A program made the position numbers and the translations under genes. Positions 33,284 through 43,119 of a stretch of 64,000 nt of DNA are shown here, in pieces. How positions within the stretch are numbered: the stretch's first letter is position 1; each line of letters starts with the position of its first letter. This stretch comes from Gammaproteobacteria bacterium (GTDB taxonomy: Bacteria > Pseudomonadota > Gammaproteobacteria > SZUA-229), in contig JADGFA010000020.1 in the NCBI GenBank assembly GCA_016744065.1, positions 4,930 to 68,929 on the forward strand, read 5' to 3'. The notes beneath the pieces are model-generated. The model was not told where the DNA came from. It made no database searches and was given only the letters and a program-made list of their open reading frames with translations.

Positions 33284-33911
33284 ATGCTTTTCCTTTATTG
33301 GTGTTGATATAGAGCTAAACGCTTTGCTAAGGGGCTGTTAACCCAGTAGTTATAGCTTTTATTGTAGTGGTTAGTAGTGTAACCCGAAAATGTAGTAGAA
33401 GTTAAGGGGTGAACGCATTAGTGTCCACTGAAACAAAGGAAGTCCAAAAACAAATATTGAGCTGTCTATTCATCTAGTTTAAAGTCTTGTCAAGATCAAG
33501 CAGATTCAACTGAAAAGCATATATAAACGGGCACTATAAAGGCGTTGGAAGGGCCGTTACGTCATACTGGCAGCTTATTGCTGATTAATTGCCTCCTTCT
33601 AATAAAGAAACAAAAGAATGTCTAATGAAACGCCTTTAAAAGTGGGGTTGTGATGTAAAAGCGGATAGGCAGGGGCACAGTACACTATATTATTCAAATA
33701 CCCATAATTATGAAACGGTGCAGGATGTCATTGTCGAGCATTACGCGGTGTTGTAAAATATCGAGCTCACGGTAGAAGGTATTATTAAAATACACATACT
33801 ACTTAAGTGGGATTAAAGTTCGAAATACATTAAGAGCACTATAAATTTTTTTTAAAATGATAGTATTGTGGCTATCGGTAAAAATTAAAATGCAATTACA
33901 AATGGGAAGCT

Positions 33912-34490
33912 ATGAAAAATAAACACTATATGATGGTTGGCATCATCATTGTCGGTATAACCCTTCTTCTGTCTTTTTTTATCAGTCTGTTAATGAGTGG
34001 GCTGGTTGGTATTGTGTCTGGATTAGTTGTCTATTTTATTCTGAAGCAGGGTAAAGACGATGCGACTCAATCAACGCCATCAAATGAACCTGCACCAAAA
34101 AATGACAGTGAGCAAGGCATTGAGTTATTGCTTGTGGCGAATATCACATTACGAAAAGCAGTCATACCTGAAAAGATTCGTGATGTATATGAAGAGATCA
34201 TTGATCAGTTAATCGCACTTCTCCCTCGCGTTAATGAGTCAAGTCCTGATGGGGAACTGGCCTGGGTTATTAATCGTATGGCAACCGAGTATCTGCCCCA
34301 AAAGTCAATTAAACCGTATCTTGCTTTGAGTGAAGGTGAACGCCAGGATAAAGATGTCATTGAAAAAGTTATTGAATCATTATCGGGTATGAAATCTGAA
34401 CTGGAAGATGTTAAAGATATACTCAGCCAGCGAAAAACAAATGAATTTAATACGAAAGCCAAATTTTTGAAACAACGTTTCAATATCTAA
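33912..34490 (+). CDS. Membrane-anchored protein, possibly XpaC-like (5-bromo-4-chloroindolyl phosphate hydrolysis protein family)
   Basis: Two N-terminal TM helices followed by a ~140 aa charged helical domain. Sits directly upstream of a TelA-like gene, the same xpaC-yaaN(TelA) pairing as in Bacillus. The family call is from memory and not verified. Confidence 0.35.
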   Translation: MKNKHYMMVGIIIVGITLLLSFFISLLMSGLVGIVSGLVVYFILKQGKDDATQSTPSNEPAPKNDSEQGIELLLVANITLRKAVIPEKIRDVYEEIIDQLIALLPRVNESSPDGELAWVINRMATEYLPQKSIKPYLALSEGERQDKDVIEKVIESLSGMKSELEDVKDILSQRKTNEFNTKAKFLKQRFNI

Positions 34491-34503
34491 TACGAGAGAG
34501 ACT

Positions 34504-35652
34504 ATGGATACTCAAAAGAAAGCACCGAAGTGGGCTAATGAAATTGATCTAAGCAATATGAAAGATCGCTCTACGTCATTGATGGTGAAAGTTAAAGAAA
34601 AATCAGGTCCGGCAATGATGCGCCTCATCGATAATATCGGAGGTAACTCACAGAAAAAAATGGCCGCCGCTAATGATCTTATGACTAACAGTGTGGCATC
34701 ATTATTAAAAGGTTTAGACGGTAAATCGCCGACCGGTGAAAAATTGCTTGAGTTGCGCTCAGCTATGGATGATCTAAATCCACATTCATTGAGTAATGCA
34801 TGGTGGTTTTCATGGATGCCAAAAGGTATTAAGCGAAAAGCAATTGGACGATTTGTACACCGCTATGAGCCCATGCAAAAACATGTCAATGGTATTTTAG
34901 CTGGATTACGTGCAGGTAAAGATGATTTGCTTGAAACCAGTATCGAACTTGAGCATCAGTACACGGAAATCGAAGGTGCACAAAAAGAAATTCAAGCTGA
35001 AATTTTTATTGGCGAGCTGTTTCTTGATGATGTAGAAATCCAGGAAAAGTCGGTAGATTCAACGGATATTCAGGAAGTACAAAAACTGTCATCAGTTAAA
35101 AATAAAGCTGCAAGGCGTATCCGTGATTTGCGTACAATGGAACAGGCGGCTGTGCAGTTTTTTATCAGTATTGATCAAACGGTCGCCACCAATGAATTGT
35201 TGAGTGAGCAAATTGACAGTGCGTTAACCGTGGGACCGATGGTGATGACCAATGCCCTTAGAATTCAGGTTGCACTAGCCAAACAGGATACGGTTAAAAA
35301 AGCTGTGCAGGGTTTTCAGGAAGGGCTTGGTGATATGATGGCGCAAAATGCAGCGGCGGTAAATCAGGCGGCCAGTGAAGTGGGGGATATGTATAACAAC
35401 CCTGTCATTGCCTTAGAAAAAATGGAAGAAGGCTTTGATCAATTAATGAAAGCGGTACAAACAGCCAATGAAACCATGGCAAACAGTACACTCAAAGCAC
35501 GAGAAGCAAGTGCTCGTTTAGCAAAAATGACCGCAGAACTGTCACCTGTTGCAGCAGGTTTACGTGAGTCACGTGACGATGAAAAAGAAAGTGAAAAAGA
35601 GAATGAAAAAGTGATTGAAGCTGAGGTAGTTGGCCAGGATAAAGCAGAATGA
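34504..35652 (+). CDS. telA: TelA-like toxic anion resistance protein (382 aa)
   Basis: Size, all-helical composition and conserved central region (...RFVHRYEPMQKHVNGILAGLRAGKDDLLETSIELEHQYTEIEGAQKEIQ...) are consistent with the TelA/KlaB/YaaN family. Confidence 0.5.
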   Translation: MDTQKKAPKWANEIDLSNMKDRSTSLMVKVKEKSGPAMMRLIDNIGGNSQKKMAAANDLMTNSVASLLKGLDGKSPTGEKLLELRSAMDDLNPHSLSNAWWFSWMPKGIKRKAIGRFVHRYEPMQKHVNGILAGLRAGKDDLLETSIELEHQYTEIEGAQKEIQAEIFIGELFLDDVEIQEKSVDSTDIQEVQKLSSVKNKAARRIRDLRTMEQAAVQFFISIDQTVATNELLSEQIDSALTVGPMVMTNALRIQVALAKQDTVKKAVQGFQEGLGDMMAQNAAAVNQAASEVGDMYNNPVIALEKMEEGFDQLMKAVQTANETMANSTLKAREASARLAKMTAELSPVAAGLRESRDDEKESEKENEKVIEAEVVGQDKAE

Positions 35653-36296
35653 AAAATATTACTGAGCGATTAACCGCCATTAGAGGTTTAAACCCAATGG
35701 TTGAAAAAGCGCGAACGGGATTTGATATTACGTCTATTAATCAAGGTGGATATATTGAGCTTAATGATCAAACCTGGAAGGTCATTAATAAATTTAAGTA
35801 TCTTGATGTGAAATGGAGTAGCTTTAAGCGCCGAAAAACAGATTACTGGGTAACCGAATTAGAGCTTTTTTCGCTCAATACAGGTGAATCAATTTATATT
35901 GAATGGGAGAGGGATGATACCTTAGAAATTTGTCAGACAGATGCGGTACTTAAGTTACGTGATATTAAATATAACGGAAAAAGTATAAAGCAAAAGGATC
36001 TTGAGGCTATCGCTGATGAAGAAGAAGGTGAGGTTGTCGTGAATGGAACGTCATATGCATATAGTGAAGATGATACGTGGGCAGGTCTGTTTTTTAAAGA
36101 TACCAGCGATAATGATGGTATCCCCATGAGAGCATATGAGTTTGAATCGAGTAATGGGGACTATTTAACTGTCGAGACATGGCATGAAGATGACCATGAG
36201 GGTGATGATAATCGACCCGATCGAGAAGCATTTCTAAGTCATGATATTACGCAACAATCAATGGCTATTTTACAAATTGAAGGTACTCAAAAATAG
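35649..36296 (+). CDS. DUF4178-like protein (215 aa)
   Basis: 4-nt overlap with telA-like. Soluble, acidic. YIELNDQTWKVINKFKYLDVKWSSF...DYWVTELELFSLNTGESIYIEWERDD resembles DUF4178 (YdjH-type, found in PspA/stress clusters). From memory. Confidence 0.4.
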   Translation: MKNITERLTAIRGLNPMVEKARTGFDITSINQGGYIELNDQTWKVINKFKYLDVKWSSFKRRKTDYWVTELELFSLNTGESIYIEWERDDTLEICQTDAVLKLRDIKYNGKSIKQKDLEAIADEEEGEVVVNGTSYAYSEDDTWAGLFFKDTSDNDGIPMRAYEFESSNGDYLTVETWHEDDHEGDDNRPDREAFLSHDITQQSMAILQIEGTQK

Positions 36297-36328
36297 TCAC
36301 TTGCTATGTTTCGTCAAAGCTTTAAATC

Positions 36329-37990
36329 ATGGAGAATAAATTGAAAAACAATAACAACAGCGTATGGGGTTTTATTGCCCTGATCGTCGCTATGTTTGTA
36401 TTAAATGGTTGCGCAGGACTGCCCGATGGGCAAGTGCATAAAGTTGAAAGTATGACATATACAATCAAGCAACAGGCGGAATTCTTAGATGCCAGAAAAC
36501 AATATTTTGATACACTAAATAAACATGCTGAGTGGGAGTTTATCAAGCCTTATTTAGAGAGTGAGAAATGGTCAGATTATTTAGTGCTTGCACATAAGGA
36601 ATACAATGCAGCAAAAAATACTTATACCAATGAGTTACTGCCCATGCTGGATCGGGATGATCCAGAAGAGACCAGTGCCTTTACGCTTTTAATTATACAA
36701 TTTAATTCGCAAATAGAATCATCAACAAACCATGCGATGCGCATAGAAAAGCGTATTGAATTCTTACTTAAAACACGTGATAACGTACCTGCTATTTATA
36801 CTCACGCAAATGATGAATATTCACAAATCAAAACAATCCAGAAAATGCTTATCCAAAAAGCAGAACAGGCATATACAGATTATCCCAATAAAAAAGATGA
36901 TATTAAAAAACGTATCGAGATCCTGAATGAACTGGTTAATCAGGCCTCTGAGTCAAGATCCCATATTACGCAACAATTTGCTAAAAAACGGGATGCTAAT
37001 TATGCCGTGTTTGGTGATGAGAGCGTCAAGATCAGTCAGCTCTTAATAAAATCAATAGACTATCAAAAACAGACAAATACAAAGCTTGATCAATTATATA
37101 GAAGTTATACCAAAGTCTTAGCAGATCAACGTATTGAATATTTTATTGTCGTGGGCCGAGCCAATTGGTGTGAAAGTGATTATTGTGGTGGGGGCTCAAG
37201 CAGAAGTTATCCGCCCTCACAAGTGGACGATAAAGTGTATGAATATTTCGACACTTTACGCACTGATACTATTGCCACAATGCGTTCGAGTTGGGGTAGC
37301 TTAAATTTTGAATTAGCGATACCGCAGGCTCAGTGGAACGCACTGGGCATTGAAAAACAATGGCGTTGGCCACGTGGTGATAATTATGCTGATTACTGGA
37401 TTGAAAAGTCATACACCCATACGTATCACAAATACATTGAGATTGTGAATGACAAAATGACGGAAGGGGAGTGGGTGAAGGTCGATGAGGTCAGCTTCTG
37501 GAATGATTACGACAATCTGGGAATGGCCATTTTAACAAAACCATATGGCTTTTATGAATCCGACTCTATTACAGACGCACAGCCAGCAGGTATTGCAAAT
37601 ATTGCAACACCTATTATGAGCAATGGCGTACCTACCGGTTCCAATCAATACGGTGAATGGCGACATTCAAATGGCAGTTCATTCTGGTATTACTACGGAA
37701 TGTATCGCATGTTTGGTGGACTTGGCCATTCTCGTCGATACAGCTATGGTGACTGGTCTTCCTATAATAATCGAGCGCGCGGGAAACCTTATTATGGTCG
37801 GAATCAGGGATATGGAACCTATGGGGCTTACACTTATAGCAATTCACGTTATCAGAATAGTGATTATGCAAAACGAAATCCAGGTGAAGTGAGGTCAAGT
37901 AAATCAGATCGCTCATCAAAAACTAATTCATCTATCCGTGGAGCTGGGGCTTCGACACGAAGTCGCGGTGCAGCTGGCGGCGGAAAATAA
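36329..37990 (+). CDS. Lipoprotein with Gly/Tyr/Ser/Arg-rich low-complexity C-terminal tail (553 aa)
   Basis: Lipobox VLNGCAG. Helical N-terminal half. C-terminal ~120 aa of YGxY/RSR/GGG low-complexity sequence. Confidence 0.6.
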   Translation: MENKLKNNNNSVWGFIALIVAMFVLNGCAGLPDGQVHKVESMTYTIKQQAEFLDARKQYFDTLNKHAEWEFIKPYLESEKWSDYLVLAHKEYNAAKNTYTNELLPMLDRDDPEETSAFTLLIIQFNSQIESSTNHAMRIEKRIEFLLKTRDNVPAIYTHANDEYSQIKTIQKMLIQKAEQAYTDYPNKKDDIKKRIEILNELVNQASESRSHITQQFAKKRDANYAVFGDESVKISQLLIKSIDYQKQTNTKLDQLYRSYTKVLADQRIEYFIVVGRANWCESDYCGGGSSRSYPPSQVDDKVYEYFDTLRTDTIATMRSSWGSLNFELAIPQAQWNALGIEKQWRWPRGDNYADYWIEKSYTHTYHKYIEIVNDKMTEGEWVKVDEVSFWNDYDNLGMAILTKPYGFYESDSITDAQPAGIANIATPIMSNGVPTGSNQYGEWRHSNGSSFWYYYGMYRMFGGLGHSRRYSYGDWSSYNNRARGKPYYGRNQGYGTYGAYTYSNSRYQNSDYAKRNPGEVRSSKSDRSSKTNSSIRGAGASTRSRGAAGGGK

Positions 37991-38015
37991 CTTAATTTTA
38001 TAACGAGGAAGTTCA

Positions 38016-38867
38016 ATGAATATCGAACAGTATGTGTACTACATTTTATACGCATTAGTCTATTTAATGTTAGCAACTGTAATGAAATATATTTTAAATA
38101 TACGATCTGCAAGTCATTACTCAGCAGATGATCAAATCGCGGAAGGTAACATGGCTGTTGGCTTACGTCGATCAGGAGCACAGCTTGGCCTGGCCATAGC
38201 AATGATTGGCGTGATGTCAGGTAATAGTCATCCTGACTTAATCAACGACCTTATCGGTACTGTACTCTATGGTTTGTTAGCCATTGGCTTTATGCTAGTT
38301 TCACTTTTTATTACCGATAAAGCGGTTCTACCTAAAGCAAACAATACTGAAGAGTTAAAGCAAGGAAATATTGCCATTGGGTTAGTTGAATTTGGCACAC
38401 TCGTAATGACCGGTATATTAGCCTTTGCAAGTATAAAGGGTGATGATGGAGGTATATTGTCGTCGATAGTTTATTTTATTGCCGGACAGATTACATTAGT
38501 TTTACTGGTGTTGATTTATGAAAAAGTATTAGCACGTAAAATTAATCCTGTTGCATGTGTTCTGGATAAAAATTTATCAGCAGGTATTTATTTATCTGGA
38601 AAAATCATTGCTTATGGATTGATTTTACAAAGTGCAATTATTGGTAATGGCAATGTAAAGCCGCCTGTGGATGCACTTATTGAATACCTAGTGGCCGCAG
38701 CTGCGGGTATGGTCATGTTGTATATTTTTGAAATACTCATTGATAAGTTGCTCATCACATCGACAACGGTAACTGACATTATTATAAATGATCAACGTGT
38801 TGCTGCGGTTCAGTTATCACTGGCGAAAGTGAGTATGGCACTGATACTTGGTATGGCTATTCTCTAA
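38016..38867 (+). CDS. Membrane protein with four DUF350 repeats
   Basis: Four ~60-aa modules, each starting with an N/D-x-A-x-G motif followed by a hydrophobic helix (DQIAEGNMAVGLRRSGAQLGLAIAMIG; ELKQGNIAIGLVEFGTLVMTGILAF; DKNLSAGIYLSGKIIAYGLILQSAI; NDQRVAAVQLSLAKVSMALILGMAIL). This is a YjfL/DUF350-like architecture. Confidence 0.55.
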   Translation: MNIEQYVYYILYALVYLMLATVMKYILNIRSASHYSADDQIAEGNMAVGLRRSGAQLGLAIAMIGVMSGNSHPDLINDLIGTVLYGLLAIGFMLVSLFITDKAVLPKANNTEELKQGNIAIGLVEFGTLVMTGILAFASIKGDDGGILSSIVYFIAGQITLVLLVLIYEKVLARKINPVACVLDKNLSAGIYLSGKIIAYGLILQSAIIGNGNVKPPVDALIEYLVAAAAGMVMLYIFEILIDKLLITSTTVTDIIINDQRVAAVQLSLAKVSMALILGMAIL

Positions 38868-40544
38868 ATGAGTACACCGCGTTACTTACCTGTATTGCTC
38901 GCATTTTGCATGTTCTCAACTGGTGCCAGTGGCCTGGTGAATGAATATGTACTCGCGACAATTACAACTTATATTTTAGGTAATTCGATAGAACAGTTTT
39001 CTATCGTGATTGCCTGCATGATGTTTATGATGGGGGTATCAGGTTTTGTTCAAAGCAAAATGTCAGATGATAATCTGATCTATAAGTTCATTACCGTTGA
39101 AGTGCTTATGGCATTGCTCGGTGGGTTTGCACCCCTGGTGATTTACACTGCTTATGGATACATGGAAGATCATTTCTACCTCGTGCATTACTTCTTTGTC
39201 CTGGCTATCGGTTTTTTAATAGGCTTTGAAATTCCGATTGTGATGCGCATCATCGAGCAGAATAAAATTAACTTAAAGACAAATTTAACACTTGTATATG
39301 CAATGGATTACATTGGCGCTTTTATTGGCGCGCTTATCTGGGTTAACTATTTATTAAAACATTACCCTTTAACAGAAATCAGTTTTATTGTTGCAGGATT
39401 TAACTTTTTCGTAGCTTTACTCACTATTCTATACTTTATGTACACGCAGGTGATTAAACACCGTTTTATACCAATAAGTGCAGCAGCATTAACAATAACA
39501 GCATTAGTGGCTGGGGTATTGAATAATAGAGAGTTAAGTAATTTGTTTGAGCAGCAATTTTATGAAGACCCTATTGTATTTAAAACCACAACGAAATATC
39601 AGCACCTTGTCATTACTGAAAATAAGTCCATTGATGACATTCGATTATACATAAATGGCAATACCCAGTTTTCATCATTAGATGAAAAACGATATCACGA
39701 CCTGTTAGTACACCCGGTTATGACACTATCACCTAATATAAAGCATGTACTGATTTTAGGCGGAGGTGATGGCCTGGCTCTGCGTGAAGTATTAAAATAT
39801 CAAGGGGTTGAGTCTATCACCCTGGTTGACCTCGATCCCGAGATGGTAAAAATTGCTTCCAGGAATGACTATTTAAGAAAACTAAATAACGATGCATTTA
39901 AGGATGCTCGACTTTTTGTACAGGATGCAGAAGGTATTGAAAGCGTAAATGTTAAAGGTCTGTACATGGAGACGAATAATGCAACAAAAGAGGGGATAGC
40001 TGACACTCAATGGGTTGCTTCACTTCATATTTATAATATAGATGCCGATCTTTTCATTAAAAAACAAGCCAATAAACTATGGGATGTGGTGATCATTGAT
40101 TTCCCCGACCCTTCATCAGTAGAGCTCAGCAAGTTATACAGCAAACAATTTTATCGCCATTTAAAACAACACATGTCGCCTTATGCGTATGTTGCGATTC
40201 AATCAACCTCACCCTACCATGCAAAAGAAGCATTTCTAACTATTGGTCATACACTTGAGGCTGCCGGGTTATCATCGCTACCATATAGGCAAAATGTTCC
40301 ATCATTTGGTGACTGGGGTTATTACCTTGCCTGGAAAAACCCCTCGACACCAGACACGGTGAAAGCAACACTAGCTAATTTAACAGAATTTCCTGTGAGC
40401 ACAGATTTTATAACACCGGAATTAATGATGGCGTCGTTTGCATTTGGAAAAGGTGAATTAACGTCTGAATCACATTGCATTAACACCATTATGCAACCTT
40501 GTCTCGTCACACAATATTTAGATTACAGCTGGAAGGTTGAATAA
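38868..40544 (+). CDS. speE: Polyamine aminopropyltransferase (spermidine synthase-like) with N-terminal polytopic membrane domain
   Basis: Stop of the upstream gene abuts the ATG. ~7 N-terminal TM helices. C-terminal SpeE core: GGGDGLALREV (AdoMet-binding GGGDG), VDLDPEMV, IIDFPDPS (D-x-x-D substrate motif). Confidence 0.8.
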   Translation: MSTPRYLPVLLAFCMFSTGASGLVNEYVLATITTYILGNSIEQFSIVIACMMFMMGVSGFVQSKMSDDNLIYKFITVEVLMALLGGFAPLVIYTAYGYMEDHFYLVHYFFVLAIGFLIGFEIPIVMRIIEQNKINLKTNLTLVYAMDYIGAFIGALIWVNYLLKHYPLTEISFIVAGFNFFVALLTILYFMYTQVIKHRFIPISAAALTITALVAGVLNNRELSNLFEQQFYEDPIVFKTTTKYQHLVITENKSIDDIRLYINGNTQFSSLDEKRYHDLLVHPVMTLSPNIKHVLILGGGDGLALREVLKYQGVESITLVDLDPEMVKIASRNDYLRKLNNDAFKDARLFVQDAEGIESVNVKGLYMETNNATKEGIADTQWVASLHIYNIDADLFIKKQANKLWDVVIIDFPDPSSVELSKLYSKQFYRHLKQHMSPYAYVAIQSTSPYHAKEAFLTIGHTLEAAGLSSLPYRQNVPSFGDWGYYLAWKNPSTPDTVKATLANLTEFPVSTDFITPELMMASFAFGKGELTSESHCINTIMQPCLVTQYLDYSWKVE

Positions 40545-41006
40545 ATGAAGACAGAACATGCTAATAATATTTCACATATGGATACAAGTGATCAGCAATG
40601 GCCGGTTCATCAGCAGAAAAAAATCAGCCATGAAGCAACAGATCATTTTATGGAACGAGAAGGCGTGGTGTTTGCAGGAGAGCATATCATAATCGATTTA
40701 TGGGGCGCGCGTTATCTTGATGATTTAGCTTTAATGGAAAAGGTGTTACGTGCGTGTGTAAAGCAAGCGGGCGCTCATTTATTACATATTCATTTACACC
40801 ACTTTACATCCACAGGTGGCATATCTGGGGTCGCGGTATTAGCAGAGTCACATATCAGTGTGCACACCTGGCCTGAAAAAGGTTATGCTGCGTTTGATGT
40901 GTTTATGTGTGGTGATGCAAAACCTGAAAAAACGATTTCAGTTATGAAAGCAGCCTTTTTACCTGAGAAAGTTAATATCAAAAATCTTATGCGCGGCATT
41001 AAATAA
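40545..41006 (+). CDS. speD: S-adenosylmethionine decarboxylase proenzyme, pyruvoyl class 1 (SpeH/SpeD-type)
   Basis: 1-nt gap, suggesting coupling to the upstream gene. AESHISVHTWPE contains the E-S cleavage/pyruvoyl-forming serine motif of small bacterial/archaeal AdoMetDC. Size 153 aa. Confidence 0.8.
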   Translation: MKTEHANNISHMDTSDQQWPVHQQKKISHEATDHFMEREGVVFAGEHIIIDLWGARYLDDLALMEKVLRACVKQAGAHLLHIHLHHFTSTGGISGVAVLAESHISVHTWPEKGYAAFDVFMCGDAKPEKTISVMKAAFLPEKVNIKNLMRGIK

Positions 41007-41233
41007 AAATAAGACTATATAAGTATGAATGAAATTTGGTTAACAGAGGATTAATTTAAAGAAAGATCACATGGTCTTAAGGAAAAAACTGGTTCAGTAT
41101 ATGAATCAATTCAATCTAAACAAAGATATCCCTATTAAGATAAAGCTTGAAATTATCGATTCTATATTTTAGAACTATACTCCCAAACACGCTATTCCAA
41201 TTGGAATACTCATCGCGTTTTCTGGAGTTAATA

Positions 41234-42142
41234 CTACATCCATAAATTATTTTTACTGATAATCAATTTTAAAAATTCATCATGTAAGTAACTCTTTGTA
41301 CGTTGTTTCTTGTATCCTACATCAATTGTTAACGTAACAGCTTTACTTTTTTTCGGCAGCAATTGGATCATGGCGCCTGTTGATAGCTCATCTTTTACTA
41401 TTTCTTCAGGTATAAGTGCCATGCCATGGCCCTGCCTGACTAACTCTTTTAGCACCAGGTCATTCTTTACAGAAACAGTTGGAATCTTCTTTTTAGCTTC
41501 GGCAAATAGCCAGCGTGCATTTTCTTTAACCCATATACTATAAGATGCATAATCTTGTGAATAATCAACAAGGTCCAGGGGTAGTGTGTCTTCTATGGTT
41601 CTTATGCGCTTTCTTTTAAGAAGATACTCGTTTGATGTAACTAATATAAGCTTACGACGCAGTACTGGTTGAGTATTGATTAATTTACGGTTATTCACAT
41701 AAACAAAAAAACCAAAATCTATTTCATTATTAAGTAAGGCTTTTTCAAGTTCAACATCAATACCGAGTAATACCTCAAATTTAACCCTGGGGAATTGTTG
41801 TTTAAAGGCAGTAACAATATAGGGCAGGTATCCAGTACTTTGCTCCATCCACAGGCCAAGTCTTATTGTTCCTGTTGCTGATGTTTTATCCGATTTCATG
41901 TGATAAACCGAGTTTTCCATTTGCAGGAAGGCTGACTTAAACTCTTTGTAGAGCGTCTCTCCCTGTCGAGTAAGTACTATTTTTGGGCCATTACGGTCAA
42001 AAAGTATCAGTTCCAGCTCTTCTTCTAACGACTTAAGCTGTAGTGATATTGCTTGTTGCGTTCGAAAGAGTTTAATTGCTGCTTTTGTAACACTACCGGA
42101 ATCAACGACCTCTATAAATGTTTTTGCTTTGTTGAAATCCAT
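41234..42142 (-). CDS. LysR-family transcriptional regulator
   Basis: N-terminal LysR HTH (MDFNKAKTFIEVVDSGSVTKAAIKLFRTQQAISLQLKSLEEEL). ~300 aa with a C-terminal substrate-binding domain. Confidence 0.85.
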   Translation of the reverse strand: MDFNKAKTFIEVVDSGSVTKAAIKLFRTQQAISLQLKSLEEELELILFDRNGPKIVLTRQGETLYKEFKSAFLQMENSVYHMKSDKTSATGTIRLGLWMEQSTGYLPYIVTAFKQQFPRVKFEVLLGIDVELEKALLNNEIDFGFFVYVNNRKLINTQPVLRRKLILVTSNEYLLKRKRIRTIEDTLPLDLVDYSQDYASYSIWVKENARWLFAEAKKKIPTVSVKNDLVLKELVRQGHGMALIPEEIVKDELSTGAMIQLLPKKSKAVTLTIDVGYKKQRTKSYLHDEFLKLIISKNNLWM

Positions 42143-42271
42143 GACATTTCCTTAATTATTTAAATAATTATCACAAGTATTATTATAGTAAAAAAGTAAT
42201 TTTACTAGTTTTACTTGTTTATAAGTATTGCAGATAATTCATCTTTATTACAAAATCTAGGAAATAATAAA

Positions 42272-42595
42272 ATGAGCAATATAACAAATAAGACAAATAC
42301 TTATCTATGGGTTGAAGTTTCGAGCTCACCCAGTCGAGAAACGGATAAAGCTGAGTACATACAAAAAGCAGGTCCAATTACAGCAAGTTATGGTGGAAAA
42401 CCAGTTAAAACATTCAAAACATCCAGTGCCCTTGACCATGGGCATGCACTGCAAGTTGCTATTCTCTATTCGTTTCCAGATCAACAATCAATTGATAATT
42501 TATTTTCCGATCCTGAATACATCAAACTCATTCCTGTACGAGAGAAAGCATTTAGTGAGATTCGATATACCATACTTGAAGAAATAGAAGTATAA
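42272..42595 (+). CDS. DUF1330-like protein (~107 aa)
   Basis: Divergent from the LysR gene. Pattern ...AEYIQKAGPITASYGGK...ILYSFPDQQSIDNLFSDPEYIKLIPVREKAFS...ILEEIE fits DUF1330. The internal ATG at 42272 is preferred over the 42215 track start. Confidence 0.45.
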   Translation: MSNITNKTNTYLWVEVSSSPSRETDKAEYIQKAGPITASYGGKPVKTFKTSSALDHGHALQVAILYSFPDQQSIDNLFSDPEYIKLIPVREKAFSEIRYTILEEIEV

Positions 42596-42771
42596 AGCAG
42601 CAATGAAATCTATATAAATAGTTTGTTACCTGGAAGGTATGGTGCTTTAAGCATTAGATTGATTTGACAGTTTTATGTAATCTATGCCTTCATGTTGAGT
42701 CAATTAAGTTGTAAGGCAATTTAATTATAATTTATTATTGACATATTCCGATATAGGAATATGATAGATTA

Positions 42772-43119
42772 ATGTCCAGATTAAAAACAACACACGATGT
42801 ATTCAGCGCAATAGGTGAGCCTAAGCGCAGGTTATTAATCGAGCAACTTGTCATTAAAGAAATGACTGTTAATGAGCTGGTTGACATTTTTGACTGGTCC
42901 CAGCCGACTGTATCGAAACATTTAGGTGTATTAAAGAAGGTTAAAATTGTTTCTGAGAGAAAAGAAGGGCGGTTTAGATATTATCGAATTCAACCAGATG
43001 AATTACGTCCCATTCAAGAGTGGATGCATCAATTCGAAAAATATTGGGGTAGTACCATGGACCAATTAGATAACTATTTAAATCAAATTCAAGTAAAGGG
43101 AATAGACAGTGAGCACTGA
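42772..43119 (+). CDS. ArsR/SmtB-family transcriptional regulator
   Basis: Winged-helix ...ELVDIFDWSQPTVSKHLGVLKKVKIVSERKEGRFRYYRI.... Confidence 0.8.
   Translation: MSRLKTTHDVFSAIGEPKRRLLIEQLVIKEMTVNELVDIFDWSQPTVSKHLGVLKKVKIVSERKEGRFRYYRIQPDELRPIQEWMHQFEKYWGSTMDQLDNYLNQIQVKGIDSEH

Noticed and set aside
33300-33900. Possible tRNA or integrase attachment site at the island border (e.g. AGTGGTTAG D-loop-like string near 33370)
   Set aside because: No complete cloverleaf. No GTTCGAATC-type T-loop and no acceptor-stem complementarity could be found by eye. No integrase ORF nearby.
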